The notes below the pieces were generated by a model, which did no database searches, was not told where the DNA came from, and was given only the letters and a program-made list of their open reading frames with translations. DNA of 64,000 nucleotides from Flavobacteriaceae bacterium (GTDB lineage: Bacteria; Bacteroidota; Bacteroidia; Flavobacteriales; Flavobacteriaceae). The translations under genes were made by a program, and so were the position numbers. Positions 19,689 through 28,746 of this stretch are shown piece after piece (positions within the stretch are counted from its first letter, which is position 1; each line of letters opens with the position of its first letter). Location: contig JASJDL010000001.1 of NCBI GenBank assembly GCA_030065775.1, positions 687 to 64,686 on the forward strand, in the 5' to 3' direction.

Positions 19689-21128
19689 TTAAGATTTCAC
19701 CTTTTTCTTAAAAGTATAACTAAACCCTGCCATGATCATTGATGTAGTCATATCATAGGATACTTCTGAGCCGGGAATCTGTCCTAATGGGTTCGTTGTG
19801 GCATCCCAGGGCCCGTCCGGAAATCCATCCTCATTAAAATCGACTGCCGGTACAGGGCTCAAAAGAGGCCCCGCGGTGGAACCACCACTTGTTCCAAAAT
19901 GAAAAACGGCATCAAAAGATAAATTGTCCGTTGCTTTATAGCTTAAACCAAATTGAAATGCATTTTTGATAATTGCGGTTGCAGGAGTATTAAAGAATGC
20001 CAATTCGTCCTTAATTGGGTTTGAGCTATAGGTGTATCCTACACGCAGTGGTACTTTATCAATACCCTTATATTGAAGGCCTGCTGAAACAACGGAAATA
20101 CTTTCCCATCCAAATCCATTGACGGCACCTGTTGGAAATCCTTGAAAAGGACCACTTTGGGCTATTTGCCAACCACTGGATTCAAAACCATCCGTATTTT
20201 CGTAATCGATGAATCGATAGTCTAAGGCCAGATCTATATCACCCTTGGAATACCCAAATCCTAGAGAATAAATGGCAGGATAATCTAAATTAAATGATAC
20301 ATTCGGTGCCGAGGTTTGGCCTGGATCTAAATAGGTATTTTCGAAATCAAAATCTCCAAAGAATTGTGTAGTCTTATAGGACGCACCGGCACTGAAACCC
20401 GATCCTGAATCATAAAATATCCCTATCTGCCCACCAAAACCTATAGCATTTGCTTTGTCACTCATTGGATATCCTAAAGTCTGACTTGGCACTGCCAAAG
20501 GGTTCGGTTGAATTTCTAAAGTTGCATAGTCAACAGTTGGCTGGATACCTATGGAAAATTTATCTGATAGTTCATAGGCCCATGTAAAACCTACTTGTAA
20601 TAAAATGTAGTCTGATTCTATTCTTCCGAAGCCCATGGCTGCTTGCGGGTAATTTATGGGGTTAGAATTCATCGTAGGGTTAAAGTTTGCATTTAAAGGA
20701 TGGTTTGGTTCTTGGGGGAAGGTGACACCAAACCCGGCAATACCGAAAGCCGAGGCACCAAATGCATGTTTGCTTCCTTCTTTGCTCCATACATAAGCTA
20801 AAGCCGGTAAAGGTGACAGACCTCTATCATCTTTTGTTACACCACGTACCGCCGGGGCACCAGGCCCTAATAGACCGGCAGGTAACGAGGATGATAATTC
20901 AGGTGAAGAAAAGAATAAACCCAAATCAAATTTCAACGTGCTTTCATCAAAAGCTGAAATTGAAGCCGGGTTCCATTGTAGTGCTCCTGAGATATCAAGA
21001 GGTTGGCCAGTGGCTGCGCCACCCATAGACATGTTTACAGAACCAACACCTTGCATAACATGACCTGTCTGGCCAGTCAAAATCCAAGGCATAACAATTA
21101 AAACAATTAAAAAAAGTCTTGTTTTCAT
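19689..21128 (-). CDS. OmpP1/FadL/TodX family outer-membrane channel
   Basis: Signal peptide, SMGGA.T......AL.WNPA hatch motif, LRVGYTY, C-terminal beta-strand FSYTF. Confidence 0.88.
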   Translation of the reverse strand: MKTRLFLIVLIVMPWILTGQTGHVMQGVGSVNMSMGGAATGQPLDISGALQWNPASISAFDESTLKFDLGLFFSSPELSSSLPAGLLGPGAPAVRGVTKDDRGLSPLPALAYVWSKEGSKHAFGASAFGIAGFGVTFPQEPNHPLNANFNPTMNSNPINYPQAAMGFGRIESDYILLQVGFTWAYELSDKFSIGIQPTVDYATLEIQPNPLAVPSQTLGYPMSDKANAIGFGGQIGIFYDSGSGFSAGASYKTTQFFGDFDFENTYLDPGQTSAPNVSFNLDYPAIYSLGFGYSKGDIDLALDYRFIDYENTDGFESSGWQIAQSGPFQGFPTGAVNGFGWESISVVSAGLQYKGIDKVPLRVGYTYSSNPIKDELAFFNTPATAIIKNAFQFGLSYKATDNLSFDAVFHFGTSGGSTAGPLLSPVPAVDFNEDGFPDGPWDATTNPLGQIPGSEVSYDMTTSMIMAGFSYTFKKKVKS

Positions 21129-21164
21129 AGAAAATTATTTATGTTATGAGAAATTTATTTTCAT

Positions 21165-21194
21165 AAAAAAATCCAAGAGATCTTAACTCCCGGA
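21165..21194 (-). terminator. Terminator-like hairpin inside the fadL-like leader
   Basis: Minus strand TCCGGGAG-TTAAGAT-CTCTTGGA-TTTTTTT. Confidence 0.5.
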
Positions 21195-21261
21195 ATTTGA
21201 TAATCTGATGTTTTCATTTCATATTTTACTCAAAATTACCGCATTGTCCCTGCATGAATAA

Positions 21262-21273
21262 TGATAATTATCA
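21262..21273 (-). promoter_or_regulatory. TGAT-N4-ATCA (FNR-like) box, proximal fadL-like promoter
   Basis: TGATAATTATCA, identical to the 19661 copy; -7 TAATTTTG at 21231-21238 with the same offset. Confidence 0.75.
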
Positions 21274-21329
21274 GGTCTATGTCTGATTTGGATTCATACC
21301 AAATCTAATCTATGGAATTGAAAAGTTTT

Positions 21330-21343
21330 GTAACTTAAGTTAC
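21330..21343 (-). promoter_or_regulatory. GTAAC-N4-GTTAC box, distal fadL-like promoter
   Basis: TGTAACTTAAGTTACA perfect palindrome; -7 TAGATTTG at 21300-21307, offset 30. Confidence 0.88.
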
Positions 21344-21353
21344 ACAGGATGAG

Positions 21354-21986
21354 CTACTTTCTTTGGAAAACCGTATAAATATAAGGACGCGGCGAAGCGG
21401 AGGGGGTGAGATGCGTATAATTCAAATATTTGATAAGCTTGAAATCATTACCAATTTTCTCTTGAAGCAACCTATGATCATATTGCTGGATTTCTAATCC
21501 ACTGCATTTCTTTGCTCCTTCTTTAGAAAATATCCCTATTAGTGCATAGCCTCCAGGCTTAACCAATTTATTTACTGATTTAAAGTAGGAATCTTGTTCT
21601 TCTTTCTTTGTAAGGAAGTGTAACATAGCGCGATCTTGCCAAAGATCAACAGGCTCTAGTAAGTGAAGTTTTTTGGGTTTTGTTAAATCATCAACCAGAA
21701 AGGATACATTTTTTGCACGCTGCTGCAAGCGCTCCTTTAATAATTTCATGGCTATTGTACTAATATCGATAGCAGTTATATTTGAGTATCCGGCATCTAA
21801 CAACTCATCGATCAAGGTACTTGCCCCGGCACCTACGCTTAGTATATGTGCATTTTTTTCTAAGCGTAAATTTTGAATAAGTTTTAAAGAAACATTGGAG
21901 GTCTTCTCATACCAGCCCAGCTCATGCAGGGCTTTGCTTTCGTAGGCTTCGTCCCAATGCTTTTGTAGGTCAATTTCAACAGTCAT
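21354..21986 (-). CDS. Class I SAM-dependent methyltransferase
   Basis: HWDEAY, VGAGAS motif I, DIS, WQDRAMLHFL, GAKKCSGL. Confidence 0.88.
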   Translation of the reverse strand: MTVEIDLQKHWDEAYESKALHELGWYEKTSNVSLKLIQNLRLEKNAHILSVGAGASTLIDELLDAGYSNITAIDISTIAMKLLKERLQQRAKNVSFLVDDLTKPKKLHLLEPVDLWQDRAMLHFLTKKEEQDSYFKSVNKLVKPGGYALIGIFSKEGAKKCSGLEIQQYDHRLLQEKIGNDFKLIKYLNYTHLTPSASPRPYIYTVFQRK

Positions 21987-22015
21987 TCTTATAGTCTCAT
22001 TCTTTATATAGTAAA

Positions 22016-22041
22016 ATGAGTAACCGCTGAAGGTTACTCAT
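22016..22041. terminator. Hairpin between the PDO-rhodanese gene and the methyltransferase
   Basis: ATGAGTAACC-GCTGAA-GGTTACTCAT 10-bp stem, with a short T-run on the minus strand. Confidence 0.6.
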
Positions 22042-22068
22042 TATGATATGCTAATTTTTTTACATAGT

Positions 22069-23478
22069 TTACAATGTGCTTGGACACACGTAATCAGTCA
22101 TTTCTACACCAGCTTCTTTCATTGCTTTATACCCACCGGCCACATCAATTATATTATGAATTCCTCTGCTTTTCAGGATAGATGCTGCTACAATGCTTCT
22201 GTAGCCGCTAGCACAATGCACATAGAAATTTTCTTTATCGGGAAATTCCGCTAAATGATCATTTAAGAAGTCGAGAGGTGTATTATTGGCGTCAACCACA
22301 TGCTCTGACTGAAATTCTCCTTTTTTACGTACATCAAATACTTTTATTTTTTCTGCGTCCATGGCTTCTTTGAAAGCATCCGCCGAAATAGACGTTAGTG
22401 TATCATATTCTTTTGAGGCGTTTTTCCATGACTTAAAACCACCTTTTAAATAACCTAATGTGTTGTCAAAACCAACTCGGGAGAGTCTGGTAACAGCTTC
22501 TTCTTCTCTTCCTTCAGGAGTCACAAGTAAAATGGGTTGCTGCACATCGGCTATTAATGCGCCCACCCAGGGGGCGAAACTTCCGTCAAGGCCTATGAAA
22601 ATGGATCTTGGAATATGTCCTTCTGTGAATTCAGTTTTGCCACGTACATCCAAAACCACGGCATCTGTTTCATTGGCGGCTGCCTCAAAAGCATCTGGTG
22701 ATAATGCCTGTGTACCGCGCTTGATGACCTCATCAATATCAGCATATCCTTCTTTATTCATTTTGACATTTAATGGAAAATATGCTGGTGGCGGTAACAA
22801 GCCTTCCGTTACTTCTTCAATAAATTCTTCCCGCGTCATGTTTGCACGAAGGGCATAATTAGTTTTTTTCTGATTACCTAAAGTATCAACTGTTTCCTTA
22901 CTTAGGTTTTTACCGCATGCTGAACCGGCTCCATGCGCTGGATATACGATGACATCATCGGCTAACGGCATAATTTTAGAGCGCAGGCTGTCGAATAAAG
23001 TACCAGCCAATTCCTCTTGGGTCATATCGGCAGCTTTTTGAGCGAGATCGGGTCTTCCCACATCACCTAAAAATAGAGTATCTCCACTAAAAATCGCATG
23101 ATCTTTACCATCCTTATCTCGTAATAAATACGTAGTACTTTCCATGGTATGGCCTGGGGTATGTAGTGTAACAATCGTACTATCTCCAAGTTTAAATTCC
23201 TGACCGTCTTTCGCTATAATCGCGTCAAAACTAGGGTTCGCATTTGGACCATAAATAATAGGTGCACCTGTCTCCTTCGATAAAGTAACATGACCACTTA
23301 CAAAATCGGCATGAAAATGTGTTTCGAAGACATATTTGATAGTGGCATTGTTCTTTCTTGCCTTATCAATATATGGTTTTACTTCTCGTAAAGGGTCTAT
23401 GATGGCCACTTCACCATTACTTTCAATATAATAAGCACCCTGAGCGAGGCAACCGGTATAAATCTGTTCTATGTTCAT
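22069..23478 (-). CDS. MBL-fold persulfide dioxygenase fused to two rhodanese domains (CstB-like), copy 1
   Basis: ETHFHADFVSG, HTPGHT, GDTLF.GDVGRPDL, HGAGSACG, C-terminal rhodanese HCASGYRS. Confidence 0.9.
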   Translation of the reverse strand: MNIEQIYTGCLAQGAYYIESNGEVAIIDPLREVKPYIDKARKNNATIKYVFETHFHADFVSGHVTLSKETGAPIIYGPNANPSFDAIIAKDGQEFKLGDSTIVTLHTPGHTMESTTYLLRDKDGKDHAIFSGDTLFLGDVGRPDLAQKAADMTQEELAGTLFDSLRSKIMPLADDVIVYPAHGAGSACGKNLSKETVDTLGNQKKTNYALRANMTREEFIEEVTEGLLPPPAYFPLNVKMNKEGYADIDEVIKRGTQALSPDAFEAAANETDAVVLDVRGKTEFTEGHIPRSIFIGLDGSFAPWVGALIADVQQPILLVTPEGREEEAVTRLSRVGFDNTLGYLKGGFKSWKNASKEYDTLTSISADAFKEAMDAEKIKVFDVRKKGEFQSEHVVDANNTPLDFLNDHLAEFPDKENFYVHCASGYRSIVAASILKSRGIHNIIDVAGGYKAMKEAGVEMTDYVCPSTL

Positions 23479-23534
23479 TATTCTTTATGCTTTAATTCTA
23501 GTGACAAAAATACTATAATAGATTTTTTGTATCA

Positions 23535-23548
23535 GTAACCAAAGTTAC
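23535..23548 (-). promoter_or_regulatory. GTAAC-N4-GTTAC box upstream of PDO-rhodanese copy 1
   Basis: GTAACCAAAGTTAC; -7 TATTTTTG at 23505-23512, offset 30. Confidence 0.88.
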
Positions 23549-23619
23549 ATAGGTTTATTCAATACCTGACTCAATACGATTAATTGCATTGGGCCAGGTT
23601 TACTGATTCACCGCAAAAA

Positions 23620-25032
23620 TTATAACATTGTGGTGGGGCAAATATACTCAGATTTTGGTACTGAAGTTTCTTTGATTTCGTCGAATCCTTCAGTGATATC
23701 TTTTATATCCTGCCAACCCCTTTGTTTTAAAATGGATAAAGCGATCATACTCCTGTAACCACTTCGGCAATGAAGGATAATTGGTTTATCTTTGGGTAGC
23801 TCAGCCAGGTGTTTATTGATCTCATTTAATGGAATATTGTAAGCACCTTCGACATGTTGTGAGTCATATTCACTTTTCTTACGAACATCAAAAACCAAAA
23901 GATCTTTAGTAAACATTTTTTCAAATTCTTTAACGCTTATTCTTCCAACAGTTTCAATTTCTTTACCTGCATTTTTCCAAGTATCAAACCCTCCTTTTAG
24001 GTAACCAATGGTGTGATCATAACCAACTCGGGATAAACGTGTAATAGCTTCTTCTTCTTTACCAGGATATGTTATCAACAAGATTTCTTGTTTCACATCA
24101 GGAATCATCTCACCTACCCACTGGGCGAAATTACCATCTAACCCAATATTGATACTGTTTGGAACGAATCCTTTAGCGAAGTCATCAGCATCTCTGGTGT
24201 CTAAGACCAAAGCGCCTGTTTCGTTAGCGGCAGCATCAAAAGCATCTGGGCTAAACAAATGACTTGCTCTGGTCATGACGGTATCCAGGCTGTCATATCC
24301 TTTTATGTTCATTAATACATTTTGAGGAAAGTATCCCGGAGGCGCTGTTAAACCAGTTAATAACTCTTCAATAAATTCCTCTTTAGTCATGTCTGCCCTC
24401 AACGCATAATTTACCTCTTTTTGATGGCCTAAAGTATCTGTGGTTTCTTTACTCATCATTTTACCACAAGCCGAACCGGCACCATGGTTAGGATACACGA
24501 TTAAATCATCACTTAAAGGCATAATTTTAGTTCTTAAGGAATCATATAAATGCCCTGCGAGTTTTCGCTCTGTAAGATCAGAAACAACATGCTGCGCAAG
24601 GTCAGGACGCCCTACGTCACCGATAAATAAGGTGTCACCTGTAATGATACCGTGTTCCTGATCATTTTCATCAATTAATAAGTATGTTGTACTTTCCATG
24701 GTATGCCCAGGAGTATGTATTACTTTGACTTTGTAATTACCGACATTAAAAATCTGGCCGTCTTTTGCAACTGTGGCTTCATAGCCTGGTTTAGCAGTTG
24801 GTCCAAAAACAATTTCAGCTCCGCTCTTTTTTCTTAGATCCAGGTGCCCACTTACAAAATCTGCGTGGAAATGTGTTTCAAAAACATATTTTATCTCTGC
24901 ATTATCAATTTGTGCTCTGTCAATGTAAGGTTGTACCTCACGTAAAGGGTCGAAAACCGCTGCCTCACCATTATTCTCTATATAATATGCGGCGTGCGCT
25001 AAACATCCGGTATAAATTTGTTCTACTTTCAT
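23620..25032 (-). CDS. MBL-fold persulfide dioxygenase fused to two rhodanese domains (CstB-like), copy 2
   Basis: Same motifs as copy 1; rhodanese loop HCRSGYRS; ATG at 25032 (MKVEQIYTGCL) by homology to copy 1. Confidence 0.9.
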   Translation of the reverse strand: MKVEQIYTGCLAHAAYYIENNGEAAVFDPLREVQPYIDRAQIDNAEIKYVFETHFHADFVSGHLDLRKKSGAEIVFGPTAKPGYEATVAKDGQIFNVGNYKVKVIHTPGHTMESTTYLLIDENDQEHGIITGDTLFIGDVGRPDLAQHVVSDLTERKLAGHLYDSLRTKIMPLSDDLIVYPNHGAGSACGKMMSKETTDTLGHQKEVNYALRADMTKEEFIEELLTGLTAPPGYFPQNVLMNIKGYDSLDTVMTRASHLFSPDAFDAAANETGALVLDTRDADDFAKGFVPNSINIGLDGNFAQWVGEMIPDVKQEILLITYPGKEEEAITRLSRVGYDHTIGYLKGGFDTWKNAGKEIETVGRISVKEFEKMFTKDLLVFDVRKKSEYDSQHVEGAYNIPLNEINKHLAELPKDKPIILHCRSGYRSMIALSILKQRGWQDIKDITEGFDEIKETSVPKSEYICPTTML

Positions 25033-25089
25033 TTTTATTTTTTTAAAAATTATATCTACGAAAGTTACCAGCAATTATTATTATATACA

Positions 25090-25103
25090 GTAACTTTAGT
25101 TAC
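25090..25103 (-). promoter_or_regulatory. GTAAC-N4-GTTAC box upstream of PDO-rhodanese copy 2
   Basis: GTAACTTTAGTTAC; -7-like TAACTTTC at 25060-25067, offset 30. Confidence 0.87.
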
Positions 25104-25129
25104 ATTCCAAAGAAGAGTAAAACAAAATG

Positions 25130-26878
25130 CTATTTATTGGTCTGCCGAATGTATTTGTGGAATTTATCGGGCTTTTCCTTCCCTTCTTTCATGATTGAAT
25201 AGGCGTCAACTGCTTCCTGAATACTCATGAAACAATTATCGTAACCCAGAATGTTCATTACACCCCCTTTGTCTAGGGCATCCCTTACGGGGCCTTTAAT
25301 TCCTGAAAACACCACTTGAATGTTCTGACCACCGTAATATTCTAAGACTTCAATTAAGGTATGAACACCGGTACTATCAATGGTATTCATACTTTCGCAA
25401 TCAATAATAATGAGTTGGAGCGCCGGACCTTTTTCTACCACTAATTCCTCTAATGTATCTTTAAAAAAAGTAGTGTTTGCGAAATATAATTGGGCATCAA
25501 ACCGTACGATCAAAATATCATCTTTTACGATTACATCCTTACCAAAGCGTTCTACATTTCTATAAAAATGTGTCCCATGTATGTTTGCCAATACCGCCAC
25601 ATGTGGCCTGGTGGTTTTCAGAATGACCATGACTAAAGAAAGAATGACACCCACACCAATTCCTTTTTCGATACCAAGAGTTAAGGTAGCGAAAAAAGTG
25701 GCAAGCAGCAGAAAGAAATCAGTTCTATTGCTTTTCCACAAGTACAACACTTCCTTATAATCGATCAGCCCGAAAACAGCCACCATGATAACCGCAGCCA
25801 GAATTGATTTTGGAAGATTGTGAAAATAAGGCGTTAAAAATAAAAGTGTTATTACAATAAGGATGGCACTGACGACTGATGCCATAGTTGTTTTAGCGCC
25901 AGCCTGATCACTTACGGCTGTCCTTGAAAATCCACCTGTCGTAGGATAGGATTGAAAAAAAGAACCTATGATATTGGCCAGACCTAATCCTATCAATTCC
26001 TGGTTTGGTACCACTTTGTAGTCTCTGTGTTTTAATTGGATCGCCTTCGCCACAGCGATGCTTTCCATAAAACTGACGAATGCAATGGTAGCAGCCATTG
26101 GTAAAAGTATATTTATGACCTTTAGATCAAACGAAGGAATGCTAAAACCTGGTAATGAACTGGGGATTTCACCAACGATCTTAACAGGATTGTTCCCCTG
26201 ATTGAGCCCAAAAATAGATACGGCTAATATTCCAAATACAACAGCAAGTAGTTGACTCGGAAAACCTTTCTTTATTTTTTTAGATAGTATTATAATCAAG
26301 ATTCCAATACTTCCAATTCCAAAGGATATCCAGTTAATTTCATCGAATTTACTAATTGCATTCAACAAAATCTCATGGATATGGTGTGACCTTGGTATGT
26401 CTATGCCCAATAAACTTTTTAACTGACTAAGCCCAATAATGAGGGCTGCCGCTGATGTAAAGCCACTTATGACCGGGTGAGAGAGAAAATTGACCAGAAA
26501 ACCAAGCTTGAAAATCCCTAATAGAAACTGAATGGCACCTACTAGAAAAGCTAAAATGATCGCATACATAATGTATTGTTCTATTGTAATGCCTTCAAAT
26601 GAGCTAATGGCTGTGGCCGTTAATAAGGATACCATAGCTACGGGCCCAACAGCAAGTTGTCTGGAGGTGCCAAGTAGCGCATAAATTAATAAAGGAACAA
26701 TCGAAGCGTACAAACCATAAACTTCAGGTAGACCGGCAATGGAAGCATAGGCCATACCTTGCGGAATCAACATAATACCAACTGTTAACCCGGCGCCAAT
26801 ATCGCCTTTCAGCCAACTTCTCTTATAATTGGGGGCCCATTCTAAAACTGGCAGTATCGATTTCAACGAAATTTTCAT
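25130..26878 (-). CDS. SulP/SLC26 anion transporter with STAS domain
   Basis: IPQGMAYA...GLP..YGLY, GGFSRTAV, LYFAN, IDSTG. Confidence 0.93.
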   Translation of the reverse strand: MKISLKSILPVLEWAPNYKRSWLKGDIGAGLTVGIMLIPQGMAYASIAGLPEVYGLYASIVPLLIYALLGTSRQLAVGPVAMVSLLTATAISSFEGITIEQYIMYAIILAFLVGAIQFLLGIFKLGFLVNFLSHPVISGFTSAAALIIGLSQLKSLLGIDIPRSHHIHEILLNAISKFDEINWISFGIGSIGILIIILSKKIKKGFPSQLLAVVFGILAVSIFGLNQGNNPVKIVGEIPSSLPGFSIPSFDLKVINILLPMAATIAFVSFMESIAVAKAIQLKHRDYKVVPNQELIGLGLANIIGSFFQSYPTTGGFSRTAVSDQAGAKTTMASVVSAILIVITLLFLTPYFHNLPKSILAAVIMVAVFGLIDYKEVLYLWKSNRTDFFLLLATFFATLTLGIEKGIGVGVILSLVMVILKTTRPHVAVLANIHGTHFYRNVERFGKDVIVKDDILIVRFDAQLYFANTTFFKDTLEELVVEKGPALQLIIIDCESMNTIDSTGVHTLIEVLEYYGGQNIQVVFSGIKGPVRDALDKGGVMNILGYDNCFMSIQEAVDAYSIMKEGKEKPDKFHKYIRQTNK

Positions 26879-26936
26879 GAATTAATTTGTAAGGAATTCT
26901 CGATGGCAAAGATACTCCTAAACAGAGTTATTATTT

Positions 26937-26950
26937 GTAACTATTGTTAC
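26937..26950 (-). promoter_or_regulatory. GTAAC-N4-GTTAC box upstream of SulP
   Basis: GTAACTATTGTTAC; -7 TATCTTTG at 26907-26914, offset 30. Confidence 0.88.
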
Positions 26951-26957
26951 TTGCTAT

Positions 26958-28682
26958 TCAAAGGACCTCATGGCACTCTTTAAATGCCTTTTTAGTACAG
27001 GGTTGTTTTAGTTGGTTATGAATTGCTATAATCGCACTTCTTTTATCCTTAAAGAAGATGTGTTCACCTACACGTTTCTTGAAGCCTCCGGTTTCCAGCA
27101 CATCCTGACTTACGAGTTTTAGTCCTGCGATATAAATCCCACCACGATGTTCTTTCCACTTGAGCATTTCATAGGTTAACCATTCTGCAGCAGCCAAGTC
27201 AATGAAATTTATGCCGTCAGCGGCAATGAGTACATAGTCAATTTTATTTTCATCGTATAAGTTCGCAAAAAAGTCTGCAATTTTTTCAATAGACCCAAAA
27301 TATAGTGATCCGTCAATGCGCACGATTTTCATACTCGAACACTCTTTTGCTTCCGAATCTCGAATGGTATTTACCAAGCGTCCCTTCTCATCTAGTGCTA
27401 AAATGGCGATGTTCGGTTTGGAGGTTCTTTCAAGATAAAAGAAGAATGAAGTAATGATTCCGGCCAATAATGCAAATTCGAGATCAAAGAAAAGCGTTCC
27501 AACCAGTGTAACTGTTAAGACGATAACTTCCTTACCACTACTTTTGTATACTTGTTTTATATGATGAAAATCTATAAGATTATAACCAACAAGAAGAATA
27601 ATTCCACCCATGGTCGCCTTTGGTAAATATGCTGCATAACCTGCCAGTGTTAGTACCACAGCCATTAGTAAAATGGAGGCGAAGATTGCTGCCATTGGGG
27701 TTTTGGCCCCGGCTTGATGATTCACGCCAGAGCGCGTGAAGGAGCCTGATCCGGCATAACTTGAAAAGAAACTAGCTATTAAATTAGAGAGTCCTTGACC
27801 GATAAATTCTTGATTACCATCAATTTTTTGATGTGTTTTTAAGGCAATTGCCCGTCCTATCGCAACGGCTTCTATAAGCCCGAGCAGTGCAAGTACCATC
27901 GCTCCCGAGCTTAATTTCTGAACATTTTCAATAGTCAATTCAGGAATTCTGAATGGAGGCAGGTTTGAAGGCACATTACCAACAGTTTCAATCCCTTGTT
28001 GTTCCCCGCCCATTAACAGTGCTAAAACACTTCCCAATACCATGGCGATCAACATATAATATCGCGAAAGCGGTTTTATAAGGTGCTTAATTACTAAAGC
28101 TACCAGTAAAGTGCCTATAGCCACAATAAAAACATTCCAATTCGTGCTTGATATATTTTCGGCTATATGGGTAATGATCTCCAAAATGGTACTTCCCTGA
28201 GGAACTTTAATGGCAAATACATGGCTTAATTGTTTGAATGCGATGAGTATACCGGCCCCTGCGGTAAATCCTATAATCACTGAATGTGAAACGAAATTTA
28301 CAAGCTTGCCCATTTTCATTAACCCCATCAAAAATTGGAAAAGACCAGTAAGAAAAGTTAAAACCAGGGCCATTGAAACAAACATTTCAACATCACTTTC
28401 GGGGTTTAGATTCAATTTTACGAGTGTAGCATATACAACGATTGAAATAGCTGTAGTTGGCCCGGAAATTAAATGATAAGATGAGCCAAATAAAGCAGCG
28501 ATGATAGGAGTGATCATAGCAGTATAAAAACCATAAATTGGAGGGAGGCCTGCAATTATGGCGAAAGCTACAGCTTGTGGAATTACAATAACTGTTCCGG
28601 TAATGCCAGCAATCAGATCATCTTTCCATGTGGTTTTGACTTTTGGAAGCCATAACAGAAAAGGAAACAGTTTACTAAGCAT
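26958..28682 (-). CDS. SulP/SLC26 anion transporter with STAS domain (in the molybdoenzyme operon)
   Basis: IPQAVAFA.IAGLPP.YG, SGSFTRSGVN, GSLYFG, INFIDL. Confidence 0.93.
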   Translation of the reverse strand: MLSKLFPFLLWLPKVKTTWKDDLIAGITGTVIVIPQAVAFAIIAGLPPIYGFYTAMITPIIAALFGSSYHLISGPTTAISIVVYATLVKLNLNPESDVEMFVSMALVLTFLTGLFQFLMGLMKMGKLVNFVSHSVIIGFTAGAGILIAFKQLSHVFAIKVPQGSTILEIITHIAENISSTNWNVFIVAIGTLLVALVIKHLIKPLSRYYMLIAMVLGSVLALLMGGEQQGIETVGNVPSNLPPFRIPELTIENVQKLSSGAMVLALLGLIEAVAIGRAIALKTHQKIDGNQEFIGQGLSNLIASFFSSYAGSGSFTRSGVNHQAGAKTPMAAIFASILLMAVVLTLAGYAAYLPKATMGGIILLVGYNLIDFHHIKQVYKSSGKEVIVLTVTLVGTLFFDLEFALLAGIITSFFFYLERTSKPNIAILALDEKGRLVNTIRDSEAKECSSMKIVRIDGSLYFGSIEKIADFFANLYDENKIDYVLIAADGINFIDLAAAEWLTYEMLKWKEHRGGIYIAGLKLVSQDVLETGGFKKRVGEHIFFKDKRSAIIAIHNQLKQPCTKKAFKECHEVL

Positions 28683-28746
28683 TCACAAATGTATTGATTC
28701 TATGATTTGATTGAAAATGAAATCCCGCTTAAGCGGGAAGATCATT

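Noticed and set aside
22016-22041. GTAAC...GTTAC inverted repeat upstream of the methyltransferase as an eighth regulator box
   Set aside because: Spacer is 8 nt rather than 4, and it is part of a 10-bp hairpin right after a stop codon, so it is better read as a terminator
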